Below the pieces are notes generated by a model. That model was not told the DNA's origin. It worked only from the letters and a program-made list of their open reading frames with translations, and made no database searches. DNA of 64,000 bases from Basidiobolus meristosporus CBS 931.73 (taxonomy: Eukaryota > Fungi > Basidiobolomycota), in assembly GCA_002104905.1 (NCBI GenBank), contig MCFE01000195.1, positions 62,001 to 126,000 of the forward strand, given 5' to 3'. The position numbers and the translations under genes are program-made. The stretch's first letter is position 1; each line of letters starts with the position of its first letter. Positions 1-13,522 of this stretch are shown here, one piece after another.

Positions 1-460
1 CGTTGTGAACAATATATGTATCTTAGCGTAGAGAGCCACCATATGTCACTGTCCACATCCTCATGTGTAGTCATCGCCGTCCAGGCACCTGGCGTCCGAA
101 TATACTTCATGATTTGAATTTTGAGAATCTTTTGCGTGTAAACTTCATTGTGGTTTGATTGATCCCCCGGCATGTTCACGTTCCGAGGGTCTGACTTGGT
201 GGCATTCAAGTGGCCGATCTTACTGGCCCTTCCTCCAAACGGTTTAATGTTTCCAAATACAATGCAGTGGATGCCTCAGGGAAGAGGACAAAAGGTTTTT
301 GTTACAATCATCCACTTTGTCTCAAATCAACCCAACTTGGTTTCCCATAAAGTCCATCCACCAAAAGACCCTCCTTCAACATGGTTCCGGGGAATTTTCC
401 AGAGAGTAAAGTCTTAGAAACCATTAAAGTACACATTGGTGATGGGGCAGATCCTTGAAT

Positions 461-749
461 CCCTAAGCAAAAGAACTAAGAAAAGGCCGGCAGAATGCCA
501 TCATAATATCAGCTGAATTCCAAGTTTCTTGAAACTTGCAACTCTCAGTATCTCAGGTACTAGCTGTCAGGCAGACAAGCAGACATATTTCTCAGCAGGA
601 GATTAGGCTAGCTAGCATTCATACCAAATTTAATGATCAGCCGCTCATTACTTCCACCAAGAATTGCTACTAAAAACTTGAAGCAAAACCATCAGCTGAA
701 TTCCAGCAAAATACCAGATGAATTCCAAGTGTGAGATTTTTTCATAGGG
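461..749 (+). repeat. MITE-like repeat, copy 1 of 3
   Basis: About 290 bp, similar to 881-1201 and (inverted) 55694-55961. Imperfect terminal inverted repeats CCCTAAGCAAAAG ... TTTTTTCATAGGG. Confidence 0.5.
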
Positions 750-852
750 ATATATATATATACTAAACCATCCAAAGGTTGCAGTGCATATTAAAAGATC
801 ATGTCTGAAATCATGATCCACATATATTCAGTAGATATCATCAGTTCCTTCT

Positions 853-1523
853 TGTTGTAAGAGTTTTGGAGATATCAGAACCCTAGGAAGAAGATTGAAA
901 AAAGGCCAGCAGAATGTGGTTGTAATATCAGCCAAATTCCAAGTTTTGCCAAACCTACAACTCTCAATATCTCAGGTACTAGCCCTTAGGCAGACCAGCA
1001 GACATATTTTCTAAGAGAAGACTAGGCCACCTAGCATTCATGCCAAATATGGGAATCTGCTATCTACTATTTCCACTAAAAATTGCAACCAAAAGCTTGA
1101 AGGAGAAACAACACCTGAATGCCAGCAAAATACCAAAAGAATACCAGCAGAATTCTAGCAGATTATCTGATGAATCCCAAGCTTGCAATTTCTTGGAGGG
1201 GGAGCAATTGGCAGAACTGGTAGATAATATGGTGTTCACTTAATGAGATATTGAATGTATAATTATTGTGTCAACTTTACATGGTTTTGGCAGAATAACC
1301 ATGCAGAATATGCACAGGAGGTTCCCAAGACCATGTATGCAAAGTTTGGGGCTGTTTGGACAGCTTGGAGAAAATTCATGCTCCAGGTGCCTGATGTATT
1401 AATGAGAATAATCAAAGTAAATCCCAACAAGGAATCTGGTCAGATTTCTTTAAGATTTGTTGGTAATGATCTAGATGACTATGTTAGCTCAATATTTAGG
1501 TGGAATTACATACTTTTACAACA
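853..1523 (-). repeat. Old copia-family 3' LTR interrupted by MITE-like copy 2
   Basis: TGTTGTAAGAG at 853 and TTTTACAACA at 1523. Body resembles the reverse complement of LTR 3929-4276. Followed by CTTCCACTTA, the complement of the copia PPT. Confidence 0.65.
881..1201 (+). repeat. MITE-like repeat, copy 2 of 3
   Basis: Starts CCCTAGGAAGAAG, ends TTCTTGGAGGG(G), and splits the LTR at 853-1523 into two collinear parts. Confidence 0.5.
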
Positions 1524-2910
1524 CTTCCACTTAACTAAACACTCATGTTGACAGTCCTTATTGTCATCCAAGATACTCAAATATGTCTATAGTTAGTGAT
1601 TTTGTAAATATATCTGAAGTCACTCATCTATAGGACAGTCAGCCAAGTCAACCAAGCTATTCTCTATAGCTTCCCATATGAAATGATGTTCAATATCTAT
1701 GTGCTGAGTTCTAGCAAAAGAAGTTGGATTTATCCCTAATTGTGCACATCCTTGAGTATCTTGAAATAGTGTAGTAAGGGCTTATTACATAGGCCCAAGT
1801 CTTCAAAAGCTTTCTCAGCCACATTGCCTTTATTGTAGCCTTACATGCTGCAATATAATCTGCCTCTGAGGTAGAAAGTGTTATGGTTGATTGCTTTGTT
1901 AAATTCTGTTAAATTGCTCCTTCACAGTGAAGAAAGGTGTATCCTGTGGTATATCTTCTGTACTCTAAGTTTTGTCCCTAATCAGCACCAGAGTATCTCA
2001 AAAGATCCTGGTCTAAATCCTTATAAGTGTAGTTTATGCAGATATCAGCAGTTTCTGTTCAGAATCTCAAAATCTGCAAAACTGCTACAATATTTTGAGA
2101 TTCATAGTTCCAGTTCTGATGGTTGACAACTCCTATCAAATATGAGATATCTAGACATATTTCCAGCATACTATATATCAGGCTGCCAACTATACACTGG
2201 TAAGGGAAGTCTGAGCTTTCAGATTGCACCAAGCTCACTTAATTTGGTTCAACTTTGACTATATCAAGGACTATCTAAATAGGGGTAGCTGCCAGTTTAA
2301 AGTCTTCCATTTGGTACTTCCTTAGTATGTCTTGGGTATACTTAAACCCACTGAAGGCAAAGGTCTGGGTACTTCTGTCTATGGAGAACTGTATTCCTCA
2401 GTAGTAAACAAGTCCTCCTAGATTGCACATTTTGAATTCCTCAGATAAGCAGGATTTAGTATCTTCCACTGCTTTTAGTTATTAGAGGCTATAGCAAGTT
2501 CATTCACTCATTCACAGTGCTAACAGAGCTGGATTTGATCTGTCTGGCTTATAGTTAGGGTTAGGCTTGCAATTTCAGGCACTTAGTGTTTGTTTGAGAC
2601 CAAGAGATCTCCTGAGCTGGCCAGCCAAAAGCAGGCTATCTGGGTTAGCTAACCCATCAGGTTGGTTGGTATGCATGTCCTCTTCAAGCTCCTCACTCAA
2701 AAATGCAACTTTTACATCCATTTCATGATGAAGAATGCATATTAAGCTGCAATAGCCAACATCAGTATCATGGAATCAAGCTTAGCTACTGGTGCAAGAG
2801 TTTCAGTATAGGTCAGTCCTGCTGTTTGAGAGTATCCTTTGGCTCCAGGTCTGGATATCTTTCAATTGCACCATCAGCCTTCTATTGCCACTGTATTTGC
2901 TTACCTACTA
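1524..2910 (-). pseudogene. Degenerate Ty1/copia pol (RT-RNase H) relic
   Basis: Reverse complement is collinear with the RT/RNase H of elements A and B (e.g. GCTGATGGTGCAATTGAAAGA, AAAGGATACTCTCAA). Many stops. Confidence 0.8.
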
Positions 2911-3169
2911 CAATTAAGGGTATTCTACATATAGTTGAGTCAAAATAACTATGGCTTCCTTCTTACAAACCTCTATATACAGACACCCCTGCTGCAATTG
3001 ACACACCACTATCAACTCAGCTTCTTGGCTTTTCAGTGTGATACTTGCAAAGTTGCCATATATATTGTTTTGCTGGTAGCATATACATATTGCAAACACA
3101 TATATGATTGATGCAACTTTTTCCATGAACACCATTAAATATTGGCAAAATACCTTTGGTACTAAACTA

Positions 3170-3928
3170 GTAAATTCTTTCTCCCTGCTGTATTCTAGTC
3201 CTTCTTATTAGTGTGCTCCATTTCTTGTTGGTGTGGAGTCTATATCACAAGGTGTAGAGATTCACTGGTAATCAGAAGGTACCTGGCATAAGTTGGTAAA
3301 GTAGTCCTAATAATAATTGGTTGCTTGCTACATCCAACCCAACCTTGCCTTACTTGATTGCATATCTGTTGTGCATCAACATTTAAAACCTAGCTTATTT
3401 TACTCCTTTAGAAAGTCTAGTACCCTAACTGATTTTCCCTAACCCAAGCATAACTAATCCCAGTTATGGCTTATTTAATCACTCCTCAGAATCTATTTTT
3501 AGCTGTCACACCTGATCAATTTTCATGTGGTCATTACATCCTCAACTGATCTGCTAAGCCTTTCCAAGTGATTGGTCATCTGAGATCTATCCAGTCACTT
3601 AGCAGTTGCCAAGACATCAGCTGATTTATGATGCAATCTCTCATTTATCTTATGCACCAATGAACACCCCAAAAGATTTCAATTAGTCCAGTCTCTTGGT
3701 GCTTAATAATTCAACTTGATCAGAAAAATATAAATAAAGTTTACTGGACCTTTTGGTTTAGTGTGTGTCTCAACAAAACTAAGATTGTACCTTAGCAAAA
3801 TTAAGAATTCAACAATTCTGTTCTAGTTTCTACCCAAGCCTAGCAAATCTAGCACTCCCAAGAACATCAAGCCTAACCTGCATAGCAAACCAACTCTGTA
3901 GCCTTTATAGCCCAACTTAGCTATATAC
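3170..3928 (-). pseudogene. Probable distal fragment of a CMC/EnSpm-like transposon (copy T1)
   Basis: 3170-3350 resembles 20040-20580 (minus the solo LTR), which lies just downstream of the transposase relic in T2. Contiguous with 13523-14462 once copia A is removed. Confidence 0.35.
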
Positions 3929-4276
3929 TGTTGTAAAAATTTGTAATTCCACCTAAATATTCACCTAACTTAGTCACTTAGATCATTACCTTCAAATCCT
4001 AGAGAATACTGACCATATTCCTTGTTGGGATTTATTAGAATACTTTCACCAAAATACCAGGTACCCAGAACATGAAAATTCTCAAAGTTACCCAAACTGC
4101 CCCAAACTTTGCGCACATGCTCTTGGGACCTTCTCTAAGCTATTCTACATGTTTGTAATGACAAGACCATGTAAAAGTATAAATACAACTTTTACATTCA
4201 ATAGATCATTAAGTGAAAGCCACATAATCTACTTGTCCTCCTAATCATTACCAAGATCTCCAAGACTCTTACAACA
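3929..4276 (+). repeat. 5' LTR of copia A (348 bp)
   Basis: TGTTGTAAAAATTTG...CTTACAACA. Contains TATAAATA and resembles 8294-8642 and 12629-12977. Confidence 0.95.
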
Positions 4277-4289
4277 GGTAATGAGCCCA
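4277..4289 (+). promoter_or_regulatory. Copia primer-binding site (internal initiator-tRNA type)
   Basis: GGTAATGAGCCCA directly after the LTR. The cleaner GGTTATGAGCCCC follows LTRs at 8643, 36680 (-) and 48775 (-). Confidence 0.85.
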
Positions 4290-4306
4290 AGCTGTCACTC
4301 TCTGCA

Positions 4307-7300
4307 ATGTCTACTACTGCTATTACTGGAATTTTGCCCTCTGCTGAAAAGTTGGATGGATCCAACTACCAAGTGTGGAAGGTGAAGATGAAGATGCTGC
4401 TACAAGAAAGAGGCCTTTAGGATATTATCTTGGGAGAAGAATGCCCTTGTAAAAACATGGGAGAGGAAGCCTTAAAGTACTAGAAGAAAGAGCAAAGTGC
4501 CTTTAACTGCATTTTCCTCAATGTTGAAGACAAATTACTAATTCAATGCTCAAGAGCAAATATGGCAAAGAATGCCTGGAAGGCATTAGAAGACACCTAC
4601 CAGTCATGTTCAGCTGATAAGAAAATGTATCTGCAGCAAAAATTCTTTGCTACAAAGATGATGCCAGGAGAAGAAATGAAAAATCCAATTAACAGAATTT
4701 CCCTGCTGCTGGATGAGATGGAATCTGTGGGGTATACCAACTACTGATGAGGATGTGATAGTTACCATCCTGAATAGCCTGACAGACAAGTTTCAGGGCC
4801 TTGTATCAGCCCTAGAGTCCAGACCTGAAGATTTGACCTTAAATTATGTATATGGAAGGCTCCTGGATGAAAAACTAAGAAAATCATGCACCCATAAGAA
4901 GGAAGAAGAAAATGCTTTAATAAGCAAGGATAGCCAGCAAATGAGGTACCCAAGACCCTACAAAGGCAACAGCAACCTGTTTTGTAACTACTGCAAAAGG
5001 AAAGGACACACATCAGACCGGTGCTTCAAGAAGAGAGATAGTCAGCAGAAAAACCCTGATTATGGAAATGCTGCAACAACTGAAGATAGACTATTCATAT
5101 CTACACTAAATGTGACCACAAACCAGGATTCTCAGATGTGGTATACTGAATCTGGAGCATCTCAACACATTGCACACCAAAAAGTACTTTTTACCCAATA
5201 TCAAGAAATTTCAATTAAGAAGGTTTTAATGGGTGACAATAGAGCACTTGATGCAGTGGGACAAGGAGCTATCCAAGTAAACCTTAGAAGCAGTGAGGGA
5301 AGCCATACACTGACCTTTATAGAGGTACTCAATGTACCAGGAATAGCCAAGAACCTACTATCTGTAAGCAAGGCCACAGCGCAAGGACTCAGTTTCAGCA
5401 TTGACAATTCTGGATGCAGGATCACTGATCAAAATGGTGCCCATATTGCTTTGGGTATCAGAGCTCAGAATCTATACAAGTTGACTTGTATTCCATCATA
5501 CTTGGAAGCCAATATAAGTAACTTAAGTGAAGAAACATCAATGCTTTGGCACAGGAGATTTGGACACATCAATTTTGATTATTTGCGCAAAATGATCCAA
5601 GATCAGCTAATTTCCGGAGTAAGAATTGATCCCCAGCTAATTTGGAGCACTGTGAAGCCTGCATATATGGGAAACAAGCCAGACAACTGTTAAAGAGCTC
5701 TGTGTTAATCAAAACTAAGAAAAAATTAGATGTATTTCACTCAGATCTGTGTAGACCTATACAAAATTTATCCTTTGGCAGAACAAAGTATTTGATCACC
5801 TTTATTGATGATTGTATAAGATACACATGGGTCTACTTCATGCAGAGAAAGGAAGAAGCTCTATCTGAGCTCAGGGAGTTTAAAGCCATGGTGGAGAGAG
5901 AAACTGGTGAAAAAATTCAAGAAAATATGCTCTTACCATTGTGGAAAATACACATCAAACCTCATCATCCACTTCTGCAAAATTCATGGAATATAGCAAG
6001 AGACTACTGTACCATACTCCTGACAGCAAAATGGAGTAGCAGAACATGCAAGCAGATCAATAACTGATATGGCAAGATCTATGATCCATGATCAAAAATT
6101 ATCCTAAGATTTTTAGGTGGAATCAGTTGCCACTGCTATATACCTTAAAAATAGGAGTTATAACAGAATACTTTGTGATTCAACTCCATTTGAAGCATGG
6201 TACAGGTACAGACCAAGTGCAGAACATCTAAGAATACTTGGGTGTACAGCATATGCCAAGAAACTGCTCGGAAATCAGTCAAAATTTGAACCAAAAAGTG
6301 TAAAATGCATATTTTTGGGCTACTGCAATGAGAGTAAGGCATACAGACTCTACAATACCAAAGCAAAGAAGCTCATCAAGTCCCAGGATGTGTTGTTTGA
6401 TGAAAGTTCAAAATGTTCACAGAAAACAACATTAGATGATGATTAAAATCTGATCTCAAGTCCACCAATTGTCAGGATTGAATCAGAGCAAAACAATGAA
6501 AATTTTTTCACTCCAGAGAACTCTACAACCATGGTTCAGCCTGAATCAGTGCCCAGAAATATCCCAGAAGTGTTCATTCCAGTATCAAATGCCTGGCAAT
6601 CCAATTAGACAAGAAATAGCCCAAATTACTACATCAATGAGGGTACAAACTTAGCCTATGCCTATTCAGTCCATATTGATGAGCCCCAGACTGTAAAAGA
6701 GGCCCTAAATAGCCCTCAGACAAAGTTTTGGAGATCTACAATCACCGGAAATATCAGGCCCTGATGGAAAATCAAACTTGGGACTTAGTCAAATTACCAA
6801 TAAACCAAAATCAATTGGATGCAGATGGGTCTTCAAGACAAAATACAAGGCTGATGGTACAATTGAAAGATTTAAAGCAAGACTTGTGTCCAAAGGATAC
6901 TCTCAAGCAAAAGGACTTGACTATACTGAGACCTTTGCACTGGTAGCCAAGTTTAATTCCATCAGATTAATATTGGCTATTGCTGCCAAATATAAGTTTT
7001 TTATTCATCAAATGGATTTAAAAGCTGCATTTTTGAGTAGAGAGCTTGCTGAGGACATGTATATGGACCAGCCTGATGGGTTTGCTGATCTAGATAACCC
7101 CCATTTGGTTTGCAAGCTCAAAAAGTCTTTATATGGTTGTAAACAATCACCAAGAGCCTGGAATTGCAAGATAGATTCTTATTAGGAATCTTTGAGTTTC
7201 AAAGGAGTAATGCTGACTATAGTATATACTATAAGCCAGATAGAGCAAGTCCAGTTCTATTATCTCCATATGTGGATGATCTTACTATAGCTGCCAATAA

Positions 7301-8249
7301 CCTAGAAACATAGGAAGAGACTAAATCCAGCCTATCAAAGGAGTTCAAGATATCCAATCTAGGAGAACTCAGTTACTACTTAGGGATCAAGTTCTCCATA
7401 GACAGAAGTACCCAGACTATTACCCTAAGCCAATCCAAGTAAATTCAAAATATACTAAAGAAGTACCAAATGGAAGACTGTAAACTGGCAGCTACCCCAA
7501 TGGAAACAAACCTCAACTTGGTCAAAACTCAGCCAAATCACAAGAGCTTGGTGCCATATGAAAGCCCTAACTTTCCTTAGCAATCTATGGTCAGCAGTCT
7601 GATGTATATTGTGCTTGGAACATGCCCAGATATCTCATATTCAGTGGGAGTTGTCAGCCAACATAATCAGAACTATGGATCTGATCATATTGGAGCAGTT
7701 AAGTGGATTTTTAGATACCTAAAAGGAACTGCTGATATCTGCTTTAGATTCACATATAAAGATTCAGAACAGGATCTTGTGGGATACTCTGATGCTGATT
7801 GGGGACAAGATTTGGAAGACAGATGATCCACCACAGGATACACCTTTCTTTACTGTAAAGGAGCAATTTCATGGAATTCAAGAAAGCAACCATCCATAGC
7901 ACTTTCCACCACAGAGGCAGAGTATATGGCAGCCTGTGAAGCTACAAAAGAAGCAATGTGGTCAAGAAAGCTTTTTACAGATTTAGGACAATATCAAAAA
8001 ACACCTATTTCTTTATTTCAAGATAATCCAGAATGTATACAATTAGGTAGAAATCCAACTCTTCATGCTAGAACTAGGCACATAGATATTAGACATCATT
8101 TCATATGTGAAGCTATAGCGAGTAACTTTGTTAGCTTAGTTCACTGTCCTTCAGATGAAATGATTGCAGACATATTTACCAAACCATTAGCTAGAGACAA
8201 GTTTGAATATCTTAGGTCAAAATTAGGACTAGTCAGTATGAGCATTTAG
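4307..8249 (+). pseudogene. gag-pol: Copia A gag-pol, broken by stops and frameshifts
   Basis: Zinc knuckle CNYCKRKGHTSDRC, protease WYTESGAS, GAG-pre-integrase LWHRRFGH, integrase HSDL/FIDD, RT KARLVSKG, RNase H GYSDADW, spread over ORFs 4562-8249. Confidence 0.95.
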
Positions 8250-8293
8250 CTGAGTGGGAGTGTTGTAGAAATTTGTAATTCCACCTAAATATT

Positions 8294-11200
8294 TGTTGTA
8301 AAAATTTGTATTTCCATCTAAATATTAACCTAACTTAGTCACTTAGATCATTACCTTCAAATCCTAGAGAATACTGACCAAATTCCTTGCCGGGACTTAC
8401 TTAGAATATTTTCACCAAAATACCAGGTACCCAGAACATGAAAATTCTCAAAGTTGTCCAAACAGCCCCAAACTTTGCACACATGTTCTTGGGACCTTCC
8501 TTAACCTATCCTACGTGTTTGTAATGCAAAGACCAGGTAAAAGTATAAATACTACTTTTACATTCAATAAATCATTAAGTGAAAACCATATAATCTACTT
8601 GTCCTCCCAATCACTTCCAATATCTCCAAGACTCTTACAACAGGTTATGAGCCCCAAGCTGTCACTCTCTGCAATGTCTACTACTGCTATTACTGGAGTT
8701 TTCCCCTCTGCTGAAAAGTTGGATGGCTCTAACTACCAAGTGTGGAAGGTGAAGATGAAGATGCTGCTACAAGAAAGAGGCCTTTGGGATATTGTCATGG
8801 GAGAAGAATGCCCTCCTAAAAATGTGGGAGAGCAAGCCTTAAAGTACCAGAAGAAAGAACAAAGTGCCTTTAACTGCATTTGCCTTAATGTCAAGGACAA
8901 ATTGCTAATTCAATGCTCAAGAGCAAAAACACCAAAGAATGCCTGGAAAGCATTGGAAGACACCTACCAGTCATGTTCAGCTGCCAAGAAAATGTATCTG
9001 AGACAAAAATTCTTTACTACAAAGATGCTGCCAGGAGAAGAAATGAAAAATCTAATTAACAGAATTACCCTGCTGGTAGATGAGATGGAATCTGTGGGTG
9101 TACCAACTGCTGATGAGGATGTAATAGTTACCATCCTGAATAGCCTGACAGACAATTTTCAGGGCCTTGTATCAGCCCTAGAGTCCAGAACTGAAGATTT
9201 GACCTTAAATTACGTATATGGAAGGCTCCTGGATGAAGAATTAAGAAAATCAAGCGCCAATAAGAAGGAAGAAGAAAATGCTTTAATAAGCAATGATAAC
9301 CAACAAAGGAGGTACCCAAGACCCTGCAAAGGCAACAGCAACCTATTTTGCAACTACTGCAAAGGGAAAGGACACATATCAGACCGGTGTCTCAAAAAGA
9401 GAGATTATCAGCAATAGAAGCCAGAATATGGAAATGCTGCAACAACTGAAGATAGACTATTCATATCTGCACTAAATATGACCACAAACAAGGATTCTCA
9501 GATGTGGTATATTGACTCTGGAGCTTCTCAACACTTGACACACCAAAAAGAACTTTTTACATAATATTAAGAAATTCCAATTAAGAAGGTCTTCATGGGT
9601 GACAATAGAACACTTGATGCAGTGGGAGAAGGAACTATCCAAGTAAACCTTAGAAGCAGTGAAGGAAGCCATACACTGACCTTTAAAGAAGTACTCTATG
9701 TACCAGAAATAGCCAAGAACCTACTCTCTGTAAGCAAGGCCACTGCAGAAGGACTCAGTTTCAGTTTTGACAATTCTGGATGCAGGATCAATGATCAAAA
9801 TGGTGCCCATATTGCTTTGGGCATCAGAGATCAGAATCTATACAAGTTGACTTATAGACCATCATATCTGGAAGCCAATATAAGTAACTTAAATGAAGAA
9901 ACACCAATGCTTTGGCACAGGAGATTTAGGCACATCAATTTTGATTATTTATGTAAAATGATCAAGGATCAGCTAATTTCTGGAGTGAAAACTGATCCCC
10001 CAGCTAATTTGGAGCACTGTGAAGCCTGCATATATGGGAAACAAGCCAGACAACTGTTAAAGAGCTCTGGGTTAATCAAAACTAAGAAAAAATTAGATGT
10101 ATTTCACTCAGATCTGTGTAGACCTATACAAAATTTATCCTTTGGCAGGACAAAGTATTTGATCACCTTTATTGATGATTGTATAAGATACACATGGGTC
10201 TACTTCATGCAGAGAAAGGAAGAAGCTCTATCTGAGCTCAGGGAGTTTAAAGCCATGGTGGAGAGAGAAACTGGTGAAAAAATCAAGAAAATATGCTCTG
10301 ACAATGGTGGAGAATATACCTCAAAACTCTACATCCACTTCTGCAAAATTCATGGGATAAAGCAAGAGACTACTGTACCATACTCCCCACAGCAAAATGG
10401 AGTAGTAGAACAAGCTAACAGATCAATAATTGATATGGCAAGATCTATGATCCATGATCAAAAATTATCCTATGATTTTTGGGCGGAATCAGTTGCCACT
10501 GCTGTATATCTTAAAAATAGGAGTTATAACAGAATACTTAGTGATTCTACTCCATTTGAAGCATGGTATGGATACAGACCAAGTGCAGAACATCTAAGAA
10601 TACTTGGGTGTACAGCATACGCCAAAAAACTGGCCGGAAATCAGTCAAAATTTGAGCCAAAAAGTGTAAAATGCATATTTTTGGGCTACTGCAATGAGAA
10701 TAAGGCATACAGACTCTATAATACCAAAGCAAAGAAGCTGATCAAGTCCAGGGATGTGTTGTTTGATGAAAATTCAAAATTTTCACAAAAAATGACATCA
10801 GATGATGACAAAAATTTGATCTCAAGTCCACCAATTGTCAGGATTGAATTAGCGCAAAACAATGAAAATTTTTTCACTCCAGAGGACTCTACAACCGTGG
10901 TTCAGCCAGAATCAGTGCCCAGGAATATCCCAGAAGTGATCATTCCAGTATCAAATGCCTGGAGATCAAATGGGACAAGAAATAGCCCAAATTACTATAT
11001 CAATGAGGGTACAAACTTAGTCTATGCCTATTCAGTCCATATTGATGAACCCCAGACTGTAAAAGAGGCCCTAAATAGCCCTCAGACAAAGTTTTGGAGA
11101 TCTACAATCACCGGAAATGTCAGGCCCTGATGGAAAATCAAACTTGGGACTTAGTCAAATTACCAATAAACCAAAAATCAATTGGATGCAGATAGGTCTT

Positions 11201-12977
11201 CAAGACAAAATACAAGGCTGATGGTACAATTGAAAGATTTAAAGCAAGACTTGTGTCCAAAGGATACTCTCAAGCAAAAGGACTTGACTATACTGAGACC
11301 TTTGCACCGGTAGCCAAGTTTAAATCCATCAGATTAATATTGGCTATTGCAGCCAGATATAAGTATTTTATTCATCAAATGGATGTAAAAACTGCATTTT
11401 TGAATGAAGAACTTGATGAGGACATGTATATGGACCAGCCTGATGGGTTTGTTGACCAAGATAACCCCCATTTGGTCTGCAAGCTTAAAAAGTCACTATA
11501 TGGTCTCAAACAATCACTGAGAGCCTGAAATTGCAAGATAGAATCTTATTTGGAATCTTTGAGTTTCAAAAGAAGTAATGCTGACTATAGTATATACTAT
11601 AAGCCAGATAGAGCAAATCCAGTTCTATTAGCTCTATATGTGGATGATCTTATTATAGCCACCAATAACCTAGAAACATTGGAAGAGACTGAATCCAGCC
11701 TATCTAAGGAGTTCAAGATGTCTGATTTAGAAGAACTTAGTTACTACTTAGGGATTAAGTTCTCCATAGACAGAAGTACCCAGACTATCACCCTATGCCA
11801 ATCCAAGTATATTCAAGATATACTAAAGAAGTACCAAATGGAAGACTGTAAACCGGCAGCTACCCCAATGGAGACAAACCTTAGCTTGGTCAAAACTCAA
11901 CCAAATCAAGAGAGCTTGGTGCCATCTGAAAGCCCTGACTTTCCTTATCAATCTATAGTCGGCAGTCTGATGTATATCATGCTTGGAACATGTCCAGATA
12001 TCTTATATTCAGTGGGAGTTGTCAGCCAACATAATCAGAACTATGGATCTGATCATATTGGAGCAGTTAAGTGGATTTTTAGATACCTAAAAGGAACTGC
12101 TGATATTTGCTCAAGATACACTTATAAGGACTCAGAACAAGATCTTGTGGGATACTCTGATGCAGATTGGGGACAAAATTTAGAAGACAGAAGATCCACC
12201 ACCGGATACACCTTTCTTTACTGTAAAGGAGCAATTTCATGGAATTCAAGAAAGCAACCAACCATAGCACTTTCCACCACAGAGGCAGAGTATATGGCAG
12301 CCTGTGAAGCTACAAAAGAAGCAATGTGGTCAAGAAAGCTGTTTACAGATTTAGGCCTATGTCAAAAAATGCCTATTACTTTAATTCAAGATAATTGAGG
12401 ATGTATACAATTAGGTAGAAATCCAACTTTTCATGCTAGAACCAAGCACATAGATATTAGACATCATTTCACATGTGAAGCTATAGAGAATAACTTAGTA
12501 AGCTTAGTTTACTGTCCTACAGATGAAATGATTGCAAACATATTTACCAAACCATTAGCTAGAGACAAGTTTGAATATCTTAGGTCAAAATTAGGATTAG
12601 TCAGTATGAACATTTAGCTGAGTGGGAGTGTTGTAAAAATTTGTATTTCCATCTAAATATTCACCTAACTTAGTCACTTAGATCATTACCTTCAAATCCT
12701 AGAGAATACTGACCAAATTTCTTGTTGGGATTTACTTAGAATATTTTCCCCAAAATACCAAGTACCCAGAACATGAAAATTCTCAAAGTTGTCCAAACAG
12801 CCCCAAACTTTGCACACATGTTCTTGGGACCTTCCTTAACCTATCCTACGTGTTTGTAATGCCAAGACCAGGTAAAAGTATAAATACTACTTTTACATTC
12901 AATAAATCATTAAGTGAAAACCATATAATCTACTTGTCCTCACAATCACTTCCAATATCTCCAAGACTCTTACAGCA
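8294..12977 (+). mobile_element. Ty1/copia element B nested in the 3' LTR of A
   Basis: LTRs 8294-8642 and 12629-12977 (349 bp each, about 10 mismatches by eye). TSD ATATT at 8289-8293 and 12978-12982. PBS 8643-8655, PPT 12619-12628. Confidence 0.96.
8674..12617 (+). pseudogene. gag-pol: Copia B gag-pol with a few premature stops
   Basis: KLDGSNYQVWKVKM gag, CNYCKGKGHISDRC knuckle, SDNGGEY integrase, YVDDL RT, GYSDADW RNase H in ORFs 8515-9417, 9595-11130, 11253-11528, 11550-12398. Confidence 0.95.
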
Positions 12978-12982
12978 ATATT

Positions 12983-13522
12983 CACCTAACTTAGTTGCTT
13001 AGATTGTTACCTTAAAATCCTTGAGAATACTGAACAAATTCCTTGCTGGGATTTACTTAAAATATCTGCACCAAAATGCCAGGTACCCAGAATATGAAAA
13101 TTCTCAAAGTTGTCCAAACAGCTGCAAACTTAGCAAACATGTTCTTGAGACCTTCCTTAACCTATTCTACATGTTTGTAATGCCAATACCATGTAAAAGT
13201 ATAAATACTACTTTTACATTCAATAAATCATTAAGTGAAAACCGCAAAATCTTCTTGTCCTCCCAATCACTTGCAATATCTCCAGGACTCTTACAAAAAA
13301 TATCAGGTACCCAGAACATGAAAGTTCTCAAAATTGTCCAAACAGCCCCAAACCTAGCACACATTTTCTTGGAATCTTCCTTAACCTATTCTACATGTTT
13401 GTAATGCCAAAACTAAGTAAGAGTATAAATACTGCTTTTACATTCAATATATCACTAAGTGAGAACCATATAATCTACTTGTCCTCCCAATCACCTCCAA
13501 TATCTCCAAGACTATTACAACA
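12983..13522 (+). repeat. Remainder of copia A 3' LTR plus tandem duplication of its 3' 226 bp
   Basis: 12983-13296 continues the LTR begun at 8261-8293. 13297-13522 repeats LTR offsets of about 123-348 and ends TTACAACA before the TATAC TSD. Confidence 0.9.

Larger units (their letters stand above)
3929..13522 (+). mobile_element. Ty1/copia LTR retrotransposon A (degenerate, contains nested element B)
   Basis: TG...CA termini, 5-bp TSD TATAC (3924-3928 and 13523-13527), PBS at 4277, PPT TGAGTGGGAG at 8251-8260, domain order gag-PR-IN-RT-RH. Confidence 0.95.

Noticed and set aside
172-417. 81-aa ORF as a host gene
   Set aside because: No recognisable domain, homologue in the window or splice context.
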